From: Sulfolobales archaeon HS-7
GTDB lineage: Archaea > Thermoproteota > Thermoprotei_A > Sulfolobales > Sulfolobaceae
DNA length: 64,000 nucleotides
Reading direction: 5' to 3'
Assembly: GCA_019704295.1 (NCBI GenBank)
Contig: AP024596.1
Location: forward strand, 128,001 to 192,000
Position numbers and translations under genes: made by a program. The notes beneath the pieces were generated by a model. The model saw only the letters and a program-made list of their open reading frames with translations, was not told the origin of the DNA and ran no database searches. This document shows, in pieces, positions 51,758-63,123 of the stretch. How positions within the stretch are numbered: the stretch's first letter is position 1; each line of letters opens with the position of its first letter.

Positions 51758-53440
51758 ATGCACTACAAATGGGTAGCTCTTTCGAATACGACGTTAGGGG
51801 TGTTAATGGCATCAATAAACGGTACAATCCTGATAATTGCATTGCCCGCCATATTTAGAGGAATCGACATAAACCCCTTGACCTCATTTGAATATCTACT
51901 TTGGATCCTCTTCGGTTTCAACATAGTGACTGCAACCCTCTTAGTAACTTTCGGTAGACTATCTGATATGTATGGTAGGGTTAGGCTATACAACATGGGG
52001 TTTCTGGTTTTCACAATAGGTTCTATCTTACTTTACCTTACCCCAGGAACAGGCGATACGGCCGCTTTGGAGATAATAATATTCAGGATAGTGCAGGGTA
52101 TAGGAGCGGCATTTCTATTCTCCAACAGCGCTGCTATTTTGACTGACGCTTTTCCTTATAATGAGAGAGGTAAAGCGTTAGGTATAAATCAAGTAGCTGG
52201 ATTAGCCGGCTCGTTAATAGGGCTAGTCTTGGGAGGTGTCCTTGCTGCAATTTACTGGAGATATGTGTTTTTGGTGAGCGTGCCTGTAGGGATTGTTGGT
52301 ACAATTTGGTCGTATCTTAAGTTGAAGGAGGTGGGAAAAATCAGGAGGAATAGGAAAATAGACGTTTGGGGTAACGCTACCTTTGCCGCTGGACTAACGT
52401 TAATTCTAATAGGAATAACCTACGGGCTAATTCCCTATGGCAATAGCGTTATGGGATGGTATAACCCATGGGTGATGGCCTCATTAACGTCTGGGGTAAG
52501 TCTTCTCGTTGCGTTTCCCTTCATAGAGATGAGAGTGCCAGATCCTATGGTCAGATTAGACTTCTTTAAGATCAGGTCTTTTGCAGCGGGAAACTTCGCA
52601 GCGTTATTGTCTGCAACGGCACGAGGAGGTGTTATGATAATATTAGTTATACTTTTACAGGGAATATGGTTACCACTTCACGGATACAGCTATGCCTCTA
52701 CTCCATTCTGGGCGGGAGTGTATCTCATACCTCTCTCTTTAGGATTTGTTACGATGGGCCCATTAAGCGGTTGGTTGTCAGATAGATATGGTGCCAGAGT
52801 TTTAGCAACAGTAGGGATGGCAATAGCAGGGGCCTGTTTCCTCCTGTTAGCTACCCTTCCATACAACTTTAACTACTTGGAATTCGCTCTAATCATATAC
52901 GTTATGGGTATTGGGAACGGAATGTTCGCATCTCCCAATACCGCGTCAATCATGAACTCGATTCCTGCAGAACACAGAGGCACGGCTTCAGGAATGAGAT
53001 CTACCTTCCAAAATACCGGACAAACAATAAGTATTGCGCTGTTTTTCACAATTGTCATACTTGCTATGTCGTATTCGCTTCCGCTTGCTTTATCTCACGC
53101 AGTTCCCGGCCAACCTCAACTTGATGCTATTCTGGAAAAAATACCCCCTACGGGAGCTCTCTTCTCTGCTTTCTTGGGATATAACCCTATGAAAGCCATA
53201 TTATCCCAATTGCCCCCATCAGTTGTTAACCATATACCGTCCAGCGTTATAACGACCATAACTGCAAGGACTTGGTTTCCCGAGGCTATAGCTCCCTCCT
53301 TCATGAGTGCCCTAAGGTTGTCATTCTACTTCGCAGCGGGAATGTCTCTTGTGGCTGCAATAGCTTCGTTACTAAGAGGTAGAGTTTACGTATATGAGAA
53401 GGAGACTAGGGGAGAGAAGATTGCCGGTGAAACCAAGTAA
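51758..53440 (+). CDS. MFS drug:H+ antiporter, DHA2 (14-TM) family
   Basis: [36 protein letters not shown]. Confidence 0.93.
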   Translation: MHYKWVALSNTTLGVLMASINGTILIIALPAIFRGIDINPLTSFEYLLWILFGFNIVTATLLVTFGRLSDMYGRVRLYNMGFLVFTIGSILLYLTPGTGDTAALEIIIFRIVQGIGAAFLFSNSAAILTDAFPYNERGKALGINQVAGLAGSLIGLVLGGVLAAIYWRYVFLVSVPVGIVGTIWSYLKLKEVGKIRRNRKIDVWGNATFAAGLTLILIGITYGLIPYGNSVMGWYNPWVMASLTSGVSLLVAFPFIEMRVPDPMVRLDFFKIRSFAAGNFAALLSATARGGVMIILVILLQGIWLPLHGYSYASTPFWAGVYLIPLSLGFVTMGPLSGWLSDRYGARVLATVGMAIAGACFLLLATLPYNFNYLEFALIIYVMGIGNGMFASPNTASIMNSIPAEHRGTASGMRSTFQNTGQTISIALFFTIVILAMSYSLPLALSHAVPGQPQLDAILEKIPPTGALFSAFLGYNPMKAILSQLPPSVVNHIPSSVITTITARTWFPEAIAPSFMSALRLSFYFAAGMSLVAAIASLLRGRVYVYEKETRGEKIAGETK

Positions 53441-54288
53441 CGTTGTCCTTCCAAGTAATGATATAAACGAATTCACAAAATCTAGGAAAGTCCTAAATAA
53501 TGCCGACTTGTTTTTATTGGAATTAAAAATCGTTAATAGCTCTACGCGAAATGAGATACAATCTATTAATTCTTGAAAGGACGCTCTCTTACGTGTATCT
53601 ACCTTTTACTCCCACTTTCAAATATTATGCTACTATACTTAAAGCTGTGCCCCTCCTTACAGGAATTGAATGCCATCAATTAACATTGCGCTAAATATAT
53701 CGGAAATACTTAAATTAAGGAAAATAAGCTGCCACTTATGCCCAGGCTTTAGGTGTCGGACTTTCATAGGGTTTCATAATATTTGATATCAACCCTCGTC
53801 TTCATACCCTTTTCACCCTCCTTGTGCCATATACGGAACTAACTCGCTTTGAGGACACTTAAAGTTTTATATAGCACCTCCCTGCCTCTTAACTTACTCA
53901 CAGAGTTCATAGTGGTACTCTCTGATAATTTTTTAAAGTAAAAGTTCGTAAATTTTTATATTCTGTATCAGCCTATTTGACAGTGTTAAAGGGATTAGGG
54001 AAGATAACCGATGTGAAATACCGTAAACTTTACAGCTTACTGTAAACTATTAGTAACGGCGAAAATCATCTTTGGTAACAATAAGGCAGGCGGAGTAAAG
54101 GGGTGCCGTTTTACAACGTTTAAATAATTGTACGTAATAACTATTTATAATGTACACTGATTTAGTAAGGAAACTTGAGACGGTTAACGTAGATACTTGG
54201 CATTTTCCATACAAGTGCCGAAGTCATATGAATTTTATGATAAACCCTCATCCCAGGACATGCAGTATTCTCCTCACGTCAAGGTGAA

Positions 54289-54486
54289 TTGAAAATGGCA
54301 GATATCAACTTATACAGGACGTTAATGACATTTGGTTATATTTTTCTATTTCTTGCGGGTTTCGCGTTAATTTTTGATTACAGAAGTCCTGGACTCGATT
54401 TAATTTTAGGCATTGTCTTAGTAATCTCAATATTCTCAATTACCTTCTCAGTAATTCAGATAAGGAGAGAATTAAAATCTTTTTAG
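54289..54486 (+). CDS. Small 2-TM hypothetical protein
   Basis: Two clean hydrophobic helices and a basic tail. GGTGA SD-like motif at about 54283 (ATG 54295 is possible). Confidence 0.55.
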   Translation: MKMADINLYRTLMTFGYIFLFLAGFALIFDYRSPGLDLILGIVLVISIFSITFSVIQIRRELKSF

Positions 54487-54674
54487 TCTGCCTTAGATAA
54501 AGATAGTATCACTATTTAAGTGCTGAAATGAAAACTTTATCGTAGGGTTTGGTAAAACTTCGTATTCTAACCTAAGGAAATTAGGCATGTAATTTTTCCG
54601 ATTGTAAAACAGCTCTATTTCAGGTATGTTCTACATTGGGAAACCTTTTTTATTTAAGGTGGTAAGGTTATTTT

Positions 54675-55313
54675 ATGAACTACTGGAAACTTTTCCTAAT
54701 ATTCTTCATAACGGAATTAATTATCTTTGCTGGAGTCTCCTCACTCCACATAAGCAATTCATCATTACTATCAAGCTTTTCTCAACAAAGAAATTCGATC
54801 GTAAGCGAACCTTATGTGGATATGTTAATGAGTATATTCCTGCACAACTTGTTAGTAGCTACTATAGAATTCGTCCCTATAATAGGAGTAATATTCTTCA
54901 TTGTATCAATAGCTTCCACGGGGTTGGTTGTGGCTGTTGAGGGGACGGCCGCAAAGATCCCAGGAATAGCAATATTTGCCGAATTAATGACCCTTCCTCA
55001 CTCATGGTTAGAATTGCCAGCATACGCAGTAGCGACTGCTTCTACTGTGTATTTGTTCACTCATTTATCGAACCTGAAAGAAACCTTTTATAAAATATTA
55101 ACGTTTTGGGGGTTCGTAGCTCTTGAACTCTTTATTGCAGCAACTTTTGAGTCGGCCGAAATAGTCGTCGAGTCCTCAAATATACTGTTGTCATATGTTT
55201 TCTGGATACCTGCAATTCCAGTTATTTACTTGCTTTACAAGCTATTAAGAAAGATCGACTCACCAAAGAGGAAACAGGAACTTCCATTACAAAATATATA
55301 TAACCAATGGTGA
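54675..55313 (+). CDS. SpoIIM/DUF95-family membrane protein
   Basis: IFLHNL, LPHSWLELPAY, AATFES. Confidence 0.85.
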   Translation: MNYWKLFLIFFITELIIFAGVSSLHISNSSLLSSFSQQRNSIVSEPYVDMLMSIFLHNLLVATIEFVPIIGVIFFIVSIASTGLVVAVEGTAAKIPGIAIFAELMTLPHSWLELPAYAVATASTVYLFTHLSNLKETFYKILTFWGFVALELFIAATFESAEIVVESSNILLSYVFWIPAIPVIYLLYKLLRKIDSPKRKQELPLQNIYNQW

Positions 55314-55758
55314 AAAATTTTTTATAGTCATTCGTGGGAAGCGCTTAAATATTACCCATTAGGAATTATAATTAAATCAATCTTACTAAAGGCTGTAAAA
55401 TTTTTTTAAAAAACAGAACAACTTAGTTGATTGAGATAGCAACCGGTTTTATAAAAATATTCATTATACTTTCCTGAGCATTAGGATAGGGTAATTCATG
55501 TAAAACGCGTCAACTATGGCGAATGTTTTTAAAATTTCATACGAGTTACATAAACTTTATCTAATAATATCAATCTTTGGTGAAGTTATCATTTTAAAGA
55601 ATGCATGCCAGTAACACACTAAATTTCTCGAAGTCCTTACTCATAGGGAAATGATGCTAACACCAATACGTAAAATTAGGGAAAGAGTCGGTGAGAATTG
55701 CTCTGGAGCAAAGATCTTACGTAAAATTTATTCTTTAATCCCTTCTTAATGCCAATAA

Positions 55759-56559
55759 TTAAACTGTGTTCATGATGTATTTTTGCGTTATTAGCGTGAC
55801 TAAAACTTCCGGATTTACACTGTAGACCTTAAGGTGTATTTTCCCCTGATATTCGAAAAGTTTCATTAAAGCCTCACTACCTCTGTACTGGTTCGTACCG
55901 TCAAACAGTATTATTTCCTGCACCAGAGTCTGGGAATTAACTACCTTTGCAACCACCCTTATGCTTTCGCCCTTTCCAACAATTACGCCTAGCTTTAGTG
56001 ATTTTCCAAGTTCCTTAAATAGAGGAATAGCATTAGGTCCTTCTGTATCCAATTCCTGATCCAAGAACTCAGCATCAATCTGGTCGTGTCTTTGAACGAT
56101 CTCACTCATCCTTATGATTCGAGGTCGTAGGTGCTGGGTAACTATATGCTCTGCGCTAACTATCTCCCCCTTTTTAAAAAGGGAGTCTAGAACATCAGAA
56201 GCTATAGGTATTTTATCCGTTCTAATTTTCCCCTCCCTCTGCTCGATTGAGAAAAATATTCCCAATTCTACACCCGCTTCTGAGTTATTAAGGGATAGCG
56301 TTAGAGTTTCAGTTAGCTTATCGGAAGTGAACGAGTAAGTTATTCCATCCATTCCGATTTGAGGTCCTGATATTTTCACTGGAACTAAAGTACTTGCGCT
56401 CTCTGAGGGAATAAATCCCCCTTCTATTATGGATTCATTTACCCTTCTAAACGGTATCAAATGGCCCGTCAAAGGAAGGAGAATGAAGGGCTCCGTAAGT
56501 ATATCATATATCCTTTTTCTGTTTATTTTCAGCTCAAAGCTATCCTTATATGAATCCAT
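55759..56559 (-). CDS. Hypothetical protein (N-terminus possibly SRPBCC/DUF3211-like)
   Basis: 266-aa ORF with a TATA box upstream. IYDILTEPF pattern resembles SRPBCC helix 1. Confidence 0.65.
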   Translation of the reverse strand: MDSYKDSFELKINRKRIYDILTEPFILLPLTGHLIPFRRVNESIIEGGFIPSESASTLVPVKISGPQIGMDGITYSFTSDKLTETLTLSLNNSEAGVELGIFFSIEQREGKIRTDKIPIASDVLDSLFKKGEIVSAEHIVTQHLRPRIIRMSEIVQRHDQIDAEFLDQELDTEGPNAIPLFKELGKSLKLGVIVGKGESIRVVAKVVNSQTLVQEIILFDGTNQYRGSEALMKLFEYQGKIHLKVYSVNPEVLVTLITQKYIMNTV

Positions 56560-56867
56560 ATCAAGATATATTTGTATGTCCTTAAATATAAGTTAACCGT
56601 TTCAGTTAATTAATCTCTTGAGAGTGAAATGTAACCTTTCCTGTTAGTTAATCCAAACCTCCACTAACACCCTTTTATCTTAATGAAGCGGAATAGATCC
56701 CATCAGTGAGATCAGGAGGGGGATCCTTTGTATTGAGGGATAATGAATCGTGACGTAATGTTTCCATCATGCGTTACTTGGATTCAGGGTCAGTGGTTAT
56801 ACCGATGAACTCGAATTATTACCTTGCTCAGTTTAAGTTAGTGGGTGAAGTGTACAATCACATTCAT

Positions 56868-57272
56868 TTAGATAAACGTATTAGGTCGCCCTTTTTTCCA
56901 AGAATCTCTCAGGAATTTGCTAACAGGATCAAGGAGAGATTGTGCTAATGTATAAGCATAAGAATTAGGTGAGAACTTCTCTTCTATAAGATCCATCGTC
57001 ATTTTCCTTACCTCCCGTTCATCAGCGACCCCACTCATATGTATCAATTCATGGGTCAACACGACGTAAAGGTGTTCATATTTGTCCATAGCGCGTTCCA
57101 GGGGTATAGCGTTTACAAATATAGTGTTGGAACCTTCTCTAATAAATCCTAAAATTCTCGGGTCGAAGGGGATCACTGAAACATCCACGTACTCCACGAC
57201 TCTCTGATATTTCCTATCAATATCCCGCCTTACATCATTTAACACTAATAATGGTGAAAGTAGAGTTGGCAT
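56868..57272 (-). CDS. Small zincin-like metalloprotease domain protein
   Basis: VVLTHELIH...DEREV (HExxH plus a downstream E). Confidence 0.75.
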   Translation of the reverse strand: MPTLLSPLLVLNDVRRDIDRKYQRVVEYVDVSVIPFDPRILGFIREGSNTIFVNAIPLERAMDKYEHLYVVLTHELIHMSGVADEREVRKMTMDLIEEKFSPNSYAYTLAQSLLDPVSKFLRDSWKKGRPNTFI

Positions 57273-57323
57273 TATGAAAGGTCACATTCTCCCCTTAAAT
57301 ACTTTTGTTAACTTTATATTTTC

Positions 57324-59297
57324 TCAGAGGATTACCCTTACGTCGATCGCAAAGGCTCCCTTCTCATTGACTATTAAAGGATTTATGTCAAGCTCCTTAA
57401 TGTCGAGATCTACTATCATTCTCGAGATAACGACTATTGTTCTCAGTACCGAACCGACGTCGTAGTTCCTTTTCCTAGCCGTCAATACATCTAACACTTT
57501 ACTTTCCTTCATCATCTCATATGCCTCCTCCTCATAAACTGGAGATAAGCCGTAACTCAGGCTCCTAAGGACTTCAACGTAAATTCCACCCAATCCGGTA
57601 ACGACTGCGTGACCAAATGCCTGATCCTTTATTCCGCCCACGAAAAGTTCTACACCGCTCAACTGTTGCTGCACGATCACCCTTTGGGAAATCGCGCTTA
57701 ACCTCTTATAAACGTTTGATACGTCCTCCTTTTCAACATTTAGGGCCACACCTCCAAGTTCGGTTTTGTGTACAGGGGAATCCATTGATATCTTCATAAC
57801 AATTGGATACCCAATGTTATCAGCGACTTTCTTTGCCTCCTCCTCAGATGTTGCCATACCCCATCTTGGGGTTTTAATACCGTATATTTCCATCAGTTTA
57901 AGTGCTTCAAAATCCCTTAGTTCACTCTTTCCTGAAATCAGCTTTTTTGCCTCCTCTATGGGCTGGGAAAACCTCATCTTGACTGAGGGATTTCTCCTCG
58001 TACTGTAAAACCTTACAGCTCGGATAGCGTCCTCGGGAAACCGAAAGACGGGTATTTTAGCTGTGTCCAGCGTTTTTATTGCCGCGTCTTCATCCATTCC
58101 CATAACTACTCCGATAACTCCTTTTCCCTTAAAGTTAAGGAGTGTCCTGGCTACGTCGTTACAGCTCACCATTGGGAGGGATTGCACAATGACAACTTTA
58201 GTGCAATTGAGGTCTTGGAGTGCGGAGATCGCTTTATCATATCTTTCCTTATTTGCATCTCCCGATAGGTCAAGAGGATTTCTGGGAGTACTCTGATCTG
58301 GAAGTATTCCCCTTAGTTGACTCTTTACGGTATCTGGTATTTCAACTTCATTCAACTCCTCTCTCTCAATTTCATCCGTAGTAAGGACACCGTGACCTCC
58401 CGAGTTAGTTATTACCAAGATATCGGAAGACACGGGTTCCTCCCCTGAAAGAAGTTTAGCTACATTTAGCATATCCTCAAGGGTCTCCACGAAGATCCCC
58501 CCAACGGTTCTTACCGCCGCCTTGAATATCTCTATAGATCCCGCTACACTTCCCGTATGAGTTTTTACTGCTTCAGCTCCTCTTTTCCCTATTCCCCCTT
58601 TCAGGAATACTATGGGTTTCTTCCTCGTTACGTTGGGTACGTTAGTTAGGAAAGAACTCCCATCCTTAACGCCTTCAAGGTATGAGAATATAGCTTTCGT
58701 CTCTATATCATTTGCAAGGTACTCAAATACGTCGGTTTCGGAAATATCGGACTGATTGCCTAAGCTAACGAAATAGCTAACTCCGAGTCTTGCCCTTTGT
58801 GCCCAATTTAACATGTAAACCCCCACTCCTCCGCTTTGGGCCACTAGAGCCATGTTTCCCCTAACTACGTCAGTATAAGCGAAAGTTGCATTATATGTAG
58901 GAGTGATCATACCCAAAGTGTTAGGACCAAGAAATCTTATACCCCCTTTTTTTGCCACATGGACGATCTCCTCTTCCAGTTTTGCTCCTTTTTCGTCTGT
59001 TTCCTTAAATCCAGAAGTTATTATGATGAGGGATTTCGTCCCGCCCTTAACTGCATCCTCAACAGTCTGAGGAACGAAATCCCTTGGAATGGCGATTACG
59101 GCTAAATCTACGCCTACATCAGCTAAGCTTTTAAGGGAGGGTAAACCCTCGACCTTATCTACTTTATTGTTAATAGGATATATTTTTCCGTTAAAAGTTG
59201 AGATCAGGTTTCGAAGAATAATATTCCCAACTTTCTCCCTGTCCCTTGACGCTCCCACTACCGCTACGGACTGCGGTTTAAATAGAGGTTCGAGCAT
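57324..59297 (-). CDS. ADP-forming acyl-CoA synthetase (fused alpha/beta, acetate-CoA ligase family)
   Basis: VAVVGAS, GPNTLG, QSGG, SLGN, KTHTGS (phospho-His), NPLDL, HKTELGGV, ELDINP. Confidence 0.93.
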   Translation of the reverse strand: MLEPLFKPQSVAVVGASRDREKVGNIILRNLISTFNGKIYPINNKVDKVEGLPSLKSLADVGVDLAVIAIPRDFVPQTVEDAVKGGTKSLIIITSGFKETDEKGAKLEEEIVHVAKKGGIRFLGPNTLGMITPTYNATFAYTDVVRGNMALVAQSGGVGVYMLNWAQRARLGVSYFVSLGNQSDISETDVFEYLANDIETKAIFSYLEGVKDGSSFLTNVPNVTRKKPIVFLKGGIGKRGAEAVKTHTGSVAGSIEIFKAAVRTVGGIFVETLEDMLNVAKLLSGEEPVSSDILVITNSGGHGVLTTDEIEREELNEVEIPDTVKSQLRGILPDQSTPRNPLDLSGDANKERYDKAISALQDLNCTKVVIVQSLPMVSCNDVARTLLNFKGKGVIGVVMGMDEDAAIKTLDTAKIPVFRFPEDAIRAVRFYSTRRNPSVKMRFSQPIEEAKKLISGKSELRDFEALKLMEIYGIKTPRWGMATSEEEAKKVADNIGYPIVMKISMDSPVHKTELGGVALNVEKEDVSNVYKRLSAISQRVIVQQQLSGVELFVGGIKDQAFGHAVVTGLGGIYVEVLRSLSYGLSPVYEEEAYEMMKESKVLDVLTARKRNYDVGSVLRTIVVISRMIVDLDIKELDINPLIVNEKGAFAIDVRVIL

Positions 59298-59753
59298 AGG
59301 AATACGATAGCTTCATTTAATTAAAAATTCTGTCTTATCAAAAATGTTCTATACCTACATTTGAGGACGATTCAGGTTTCCATTACGAATTGTAATTATT
59401 GTAAATGGTATTAAATAAAGGAAATTATTAAGTGCGAATACCTACTTAGTCCATACGATAGAATTCAATTAAATTTAGTCGATTTTTCTAAACAAACTTA
59501 ATTCGCAATTAACGCGTAAATGGCCCGCCTTGTCTGATTCAATTTGAGATCGACAATGATATATATTGTTTATAATCCAATAAATTTAGCATTAATAAAG
59601 GTTAATTAAAGATAATAATTATGATATTTTATTGCATAATAAAAGTTTTTGATTAATTCCGCTACACTACCAGAACATCGTTTAACTAACCTCAATAGCT
59701 CTAATCACGTTAGCCGGTATTGTGAGAACTACGGCATAGACTTGAAGGGGGTC

Positions 59754-59793
59754 GTTCAGTTCTAAAAACTGAACCTCCATGATCATTTAAAAA
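59754..59793 (+). promoter_or_regulatory. Inverted-repeat operator candidate plus TATA box of the ABC operon
   Basis: GTTCAGTT-CTAAA-AACTGAAC (59754-59774) just upstream of TTTAAAAA (59786-59793). ATG at 59814. Confidence 0.45.
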
Positions 59794-59813
59794 CTTTCTT
59801 CAAATTATTATAT

Positions 59814-60665
59814 ATGAGGTTATTATATTACCTAATAAGAAAATTGTTAACTAATCCATATGTCCTGGGCTGGTCTATTGCTTTTACCCTATTCTGGGTT
59901 TTTATGGGAGCATATGTTTTCTCTACTGATATAGCCTACTTAAACCCATCAGTACCACTACAGTACTATCATGAAACAGTATACTACTATACTGCAGGAT
60001 GGACCGGTTCCATAGTTCTTTTCTCCCTTGGTAGTTTTTGCACGACCTTAACTTCCATACTTTACTATCAAACTGGCGCACTGAGCCATCTGTTTAGATA
60101 TTCGAAACTGACTCCTGTTTATTACCTTAGCTCAATATATGCAGGCTCGGTTATCAGTTCAGTTGTAATAGGAGGTTTATTAACAGCTATAACATATATG
60201 ATATTTTCAAACAAATTCGGTTTTAACGTCTATCCTAAAGCTCTGATGACACTGTTACTTTATATCGTGTTGTCATCAGTCTTTCTTGTGTCCTTCTCTA
60301 TGCTTTTGGACATAATAGTATTGAGAACTAGCAGGAAGATGGCTGGTCTAATAAATTTTATCCCTTTAATACTAGCATATGTCTTTGGATACGGTTACCT
60401 TTTTATAAATTTTGATAATACAGTGTATTTCAACCCATACACGGTCATAGAAACACTCGTTATCAGCTCATATCTAGGGAAGCCCGTGCCAATAAATTAC
60501 TTCGCATATTACACAGCAACTAACGTTTCAACCTCTTCAGGGCTAATCTCTCTGCCCCTATCTATACTTTCGCTAGTAGTGTGGACTGTAGTACTCACAT
60601 ACATTAGTATAGTGGAACTCAGGAAGCTATACTACAAACCCTCACAGGAGGGAAGATTTTTATGA
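59814..60665 (+). CDS. ABC-2 type permease
   Basis: About 6 TM, FNPY motif. ATGA overlap with the ATPase. Confidence 0.8.
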   Translation: MRLLYYLIRKLLTNPYVLGWSIAFTLFWVFMGAYVFSTDIAYLNPSVPLQYYHETVYYYTAGWTGSIVLFSLGSFCTTLTSILYYQTGALSHLFRYSKLTPVYYLSSIYAGSVISSVVIGGLLTAITYMIFSNKFGFNVYPKALMTLLLYIVLSSVFLVSFSMLLDIIVLRTSRKMAGLINFIPLILAYVFGYGYLFINFDNTVYFNPYTVIETLVISSYLGKPVPINYFAYYTATNVSTSSGLISLPLSILSLVVWTVVLTYISIVELRKLYYKPSQEGRFL

Positions 60666-61432
60666 TAGAGCTTGACAACTTATCTGTATTTTACGGAAAA
60701 TATCAGATAATTAAGCGAGTAAACGCAAAGATAGATGAGAAAGTCCTTCTATTAGGACCTAATGGCTCTGGAAAATCAACCCTATTAAGGGCAATAGCTG
60801 CAATAATAAATTACAATGGTCATATATTTATTGATGGTCAAGAGGTGTCAAAGTTGAGGAACTACAATAAGCTTTCGACAAACTTGCCTCAGCCGTACTA
60901 TCTAACAGATAGTGTTAAGGACACTATATATTTATACGAGGAAATAAAGGGAGTGGACCCAAAACTGGTCATTCAAATGTTAGGAAGATTGGGACTGAAC
61001 AGCGTAATAAACAAGAAGTGGTACCACCTTTCAACAGGTCAAGCAATAATAACAAGTGATATTATGGCCTTAGCGTCAAATCCTAAGATCATTTTACTTG
61101 ACGAGCCTTTTGAGAACGTCGATATAGGAAAGAGGAGAATTCTTGCAGAGTGGATAAAAGAGTATGGTAATGAGGGAATAATAGTTACACATGAGGTCGA
61201 AATAATTAAGCTTCTCAAGGACTACAAAACTTACATGATATTTGAGGGTAAACTCTTTGGTCCCGTAACTGCAAGGGATATACTTGAGTCTTCAATAGTT
61301 GAGGGAGAAAAGCCTTCAGCAATACTTAAGATAGAAGTTAGCGGGAGGACCTTTTCATTCATCAAGGAGGATAAGGGATATAAGGTTGAAACCCTGGTTA
61401 CTCTTGACGGGATTTATAACATAAGTGCGTGA
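60662..61432 (+). CDS. ABC transporter ATP-binding subunit
   Basis: GPNGSGKS, LSTGQ, LLDEPF, VTHE. Confidence 0.93.
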   Translation: MIELDNLSVFYGKYQIIKRVNAKIDEKVLLLGPNGSGKSTLLRAIAAIINYNGHIFIDGQEVSKLRNYNKLSTNLPQPYYLTDSVKDTIYLYEEIKGVDPKLVIQMLGRLGLNSVINKKWYHLSTGQAIITSDIMALASNPKIILLDEPFENVDIGKRRILAEWIKEYGNEGIIVTHEVEIIKLLKDYKTYMIFEGKLFGPVTARDILESSIVEGEKPSAILKIEVSGRTFSFIKEDKGYKVETLVTLDGIYNISA

Positions 61433-61778
61433 ATGGAAAAGGGAAAAAAATCACTGTTGAGTTCAATGAAGCTTGCAATGACTTCGGTAGTGAGAGAGTT
61501 CAGAAAGGAGAAAACCGATCTTAACAATAGTCTTGCTTCCCCAAAAAATCTCGAATTTTAAGATATTATTAGTTTAACTTTTGCGTAGACACATAGAATT
61601 ACCTAACGTAAATATACAATAATATGATATATTTAGTCAAGATCTAATATATTTTACAAGTTAATGCTTACGAACACAAGAAGGTGTCGAATTTGTAATA
61701 AATCCATTTTCCTTTATTAAGGAATTTTTATAAGAAAAATAAGTACAAAGACTCCAATTAGAGGGATAACATTTAAGG

Positions 61779-62761
61779 GAAGTTACACCCAGGTCATACC
61801 GAGATTATCATTATTAACCAAGAAGTAATTCCCAAAGAATACTCAGGGTGGAAGAGTAAATGCATTTCGGATTGCGAGGAAATCCTGAGAGATTTGAGGG
61901 ATATATTCAACAGGGAATTCGAGGGTTCCAGGTTCCCAAAGTAAAAGACCCTTCGTGTATTTAAAGATGCTGATCGTCATAGTGTTTTTTAGAGAGTTAT
62001 ATAGGGGTGTTATTGAACTTGAGGTTACTACCGAGCTGGTCAAGCGTTTCCTTTACATTGAAGAAATACCCTCGAGATCCTCGCTGCACTAGTTCGCATT
62101 TGGGTTTAAGGACAGAATAAGAGCTCCACAAGGTCTTTAAGAGATTGGAGTCGCATGTTAATGGGAAACAGGTTCCAACACATCATAGCTAAGGAGAAGC
62201 TCGGAAGAAAAAGGTTGATCGATACCTTTCCTGCGAAGCTCTTTGATGGAGAGCGTTGAAACACTCATTGAGAAGCTCATATTTGATTTCAAGGAAATTG
62301 AATCGAAAGAGGAAATCTCGTGAAGTGTTTGCGTTGCTTGATGAGAGGACAAGGGATGAACTCTTCTCCCGAGGAATTACGCCCTCAGAGAACATGAGGG
62401 AAGCTGGGCAAGAAGTAGGGCAAAACCTGGTTCGAGAGAAGTGCTTCGCCGATATCTCTTTGAGACCTCATGGTTTGCAAGGTTAAGATAGTTCCAACTA
62501 ACGTGTTAATTTAACGTCAACCTTCCACAACGTGTTCTCAGCAGCGGAGGCTTTGCGGACAGAGGTAAGGTAATTAGGGGCGAGATGGGTTTGGGAATAC
62601 TGAGCGGAGCCCTTCTTCCCAATCTTGCTCGAGCACCAAATGCAGCCTTACGTAGGACCGTGAAGGAATTGAACGCCTTTGCCAACCTCCTGGGCTTAGC
62701 TTACAATATTTAATGGTTTAGGTCCATTACTAAACGCTAAACTTTCCACTGGCACAACCTC
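61779..62761 (+). mobile_element. Degenerate IS5/IS4-like DDE transposase relic
   Basis: Broken frames: PKVKDP.VYLKMLIV..FRELYRG, FADRG (second catalytic Asp context), ..NLLGLAYNI* C-terminus. Weak terminal inverted repeat GAAGTTACACC / GGCACAACCTC. Boundaries approximate. Confidence 0.6.
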
Positions 62762-62871
62762 GCTCGAAAAAGCTCGTTCGTAGGCTTGATTGTCGAAAAA
62801 TACTAGATTACTCGCTATTATACTTAATAAACTGATTTTATATTATTTCTCCATTAGTAATTAAGCGTATT

Positions 62872-62940
62872 TAATTCTAGAGAGACGTGTTTTATAACTT
62901 TTTACTTTATCTAGTTATTCACGTTAATTACGCATTGGAC
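62872..62940 (+). repeat. Diverged AT-rich intergenic repeat (block C)
   Basis: Matches 11978-12037 and 9312-9363. Confidence 0.6.
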
Positions 62941-63123
62941 ACTGTTACGTAAATGTAAATTTCTGTTAACGTAATTTTTCGAGATTTCCTACAAATCGCT
63001 GGACAGAGAATCACTAACGGTGTTATGATTCTCATATACTATTAACGCCATTGAGGTTAAAGTAGAGAAGGTCAAAAAGATTCCTAAGGAAAGCTTATTT
63101 CTTGACGTGAGAGGAAAATACTT

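Noticed and set aside
54626-54940. 104-aa ORF overlapping the SpoIIM-like gene
   Set aside because: Alternative frame of a well-supported CDS, and its start lies upstream of that gene's TATA box
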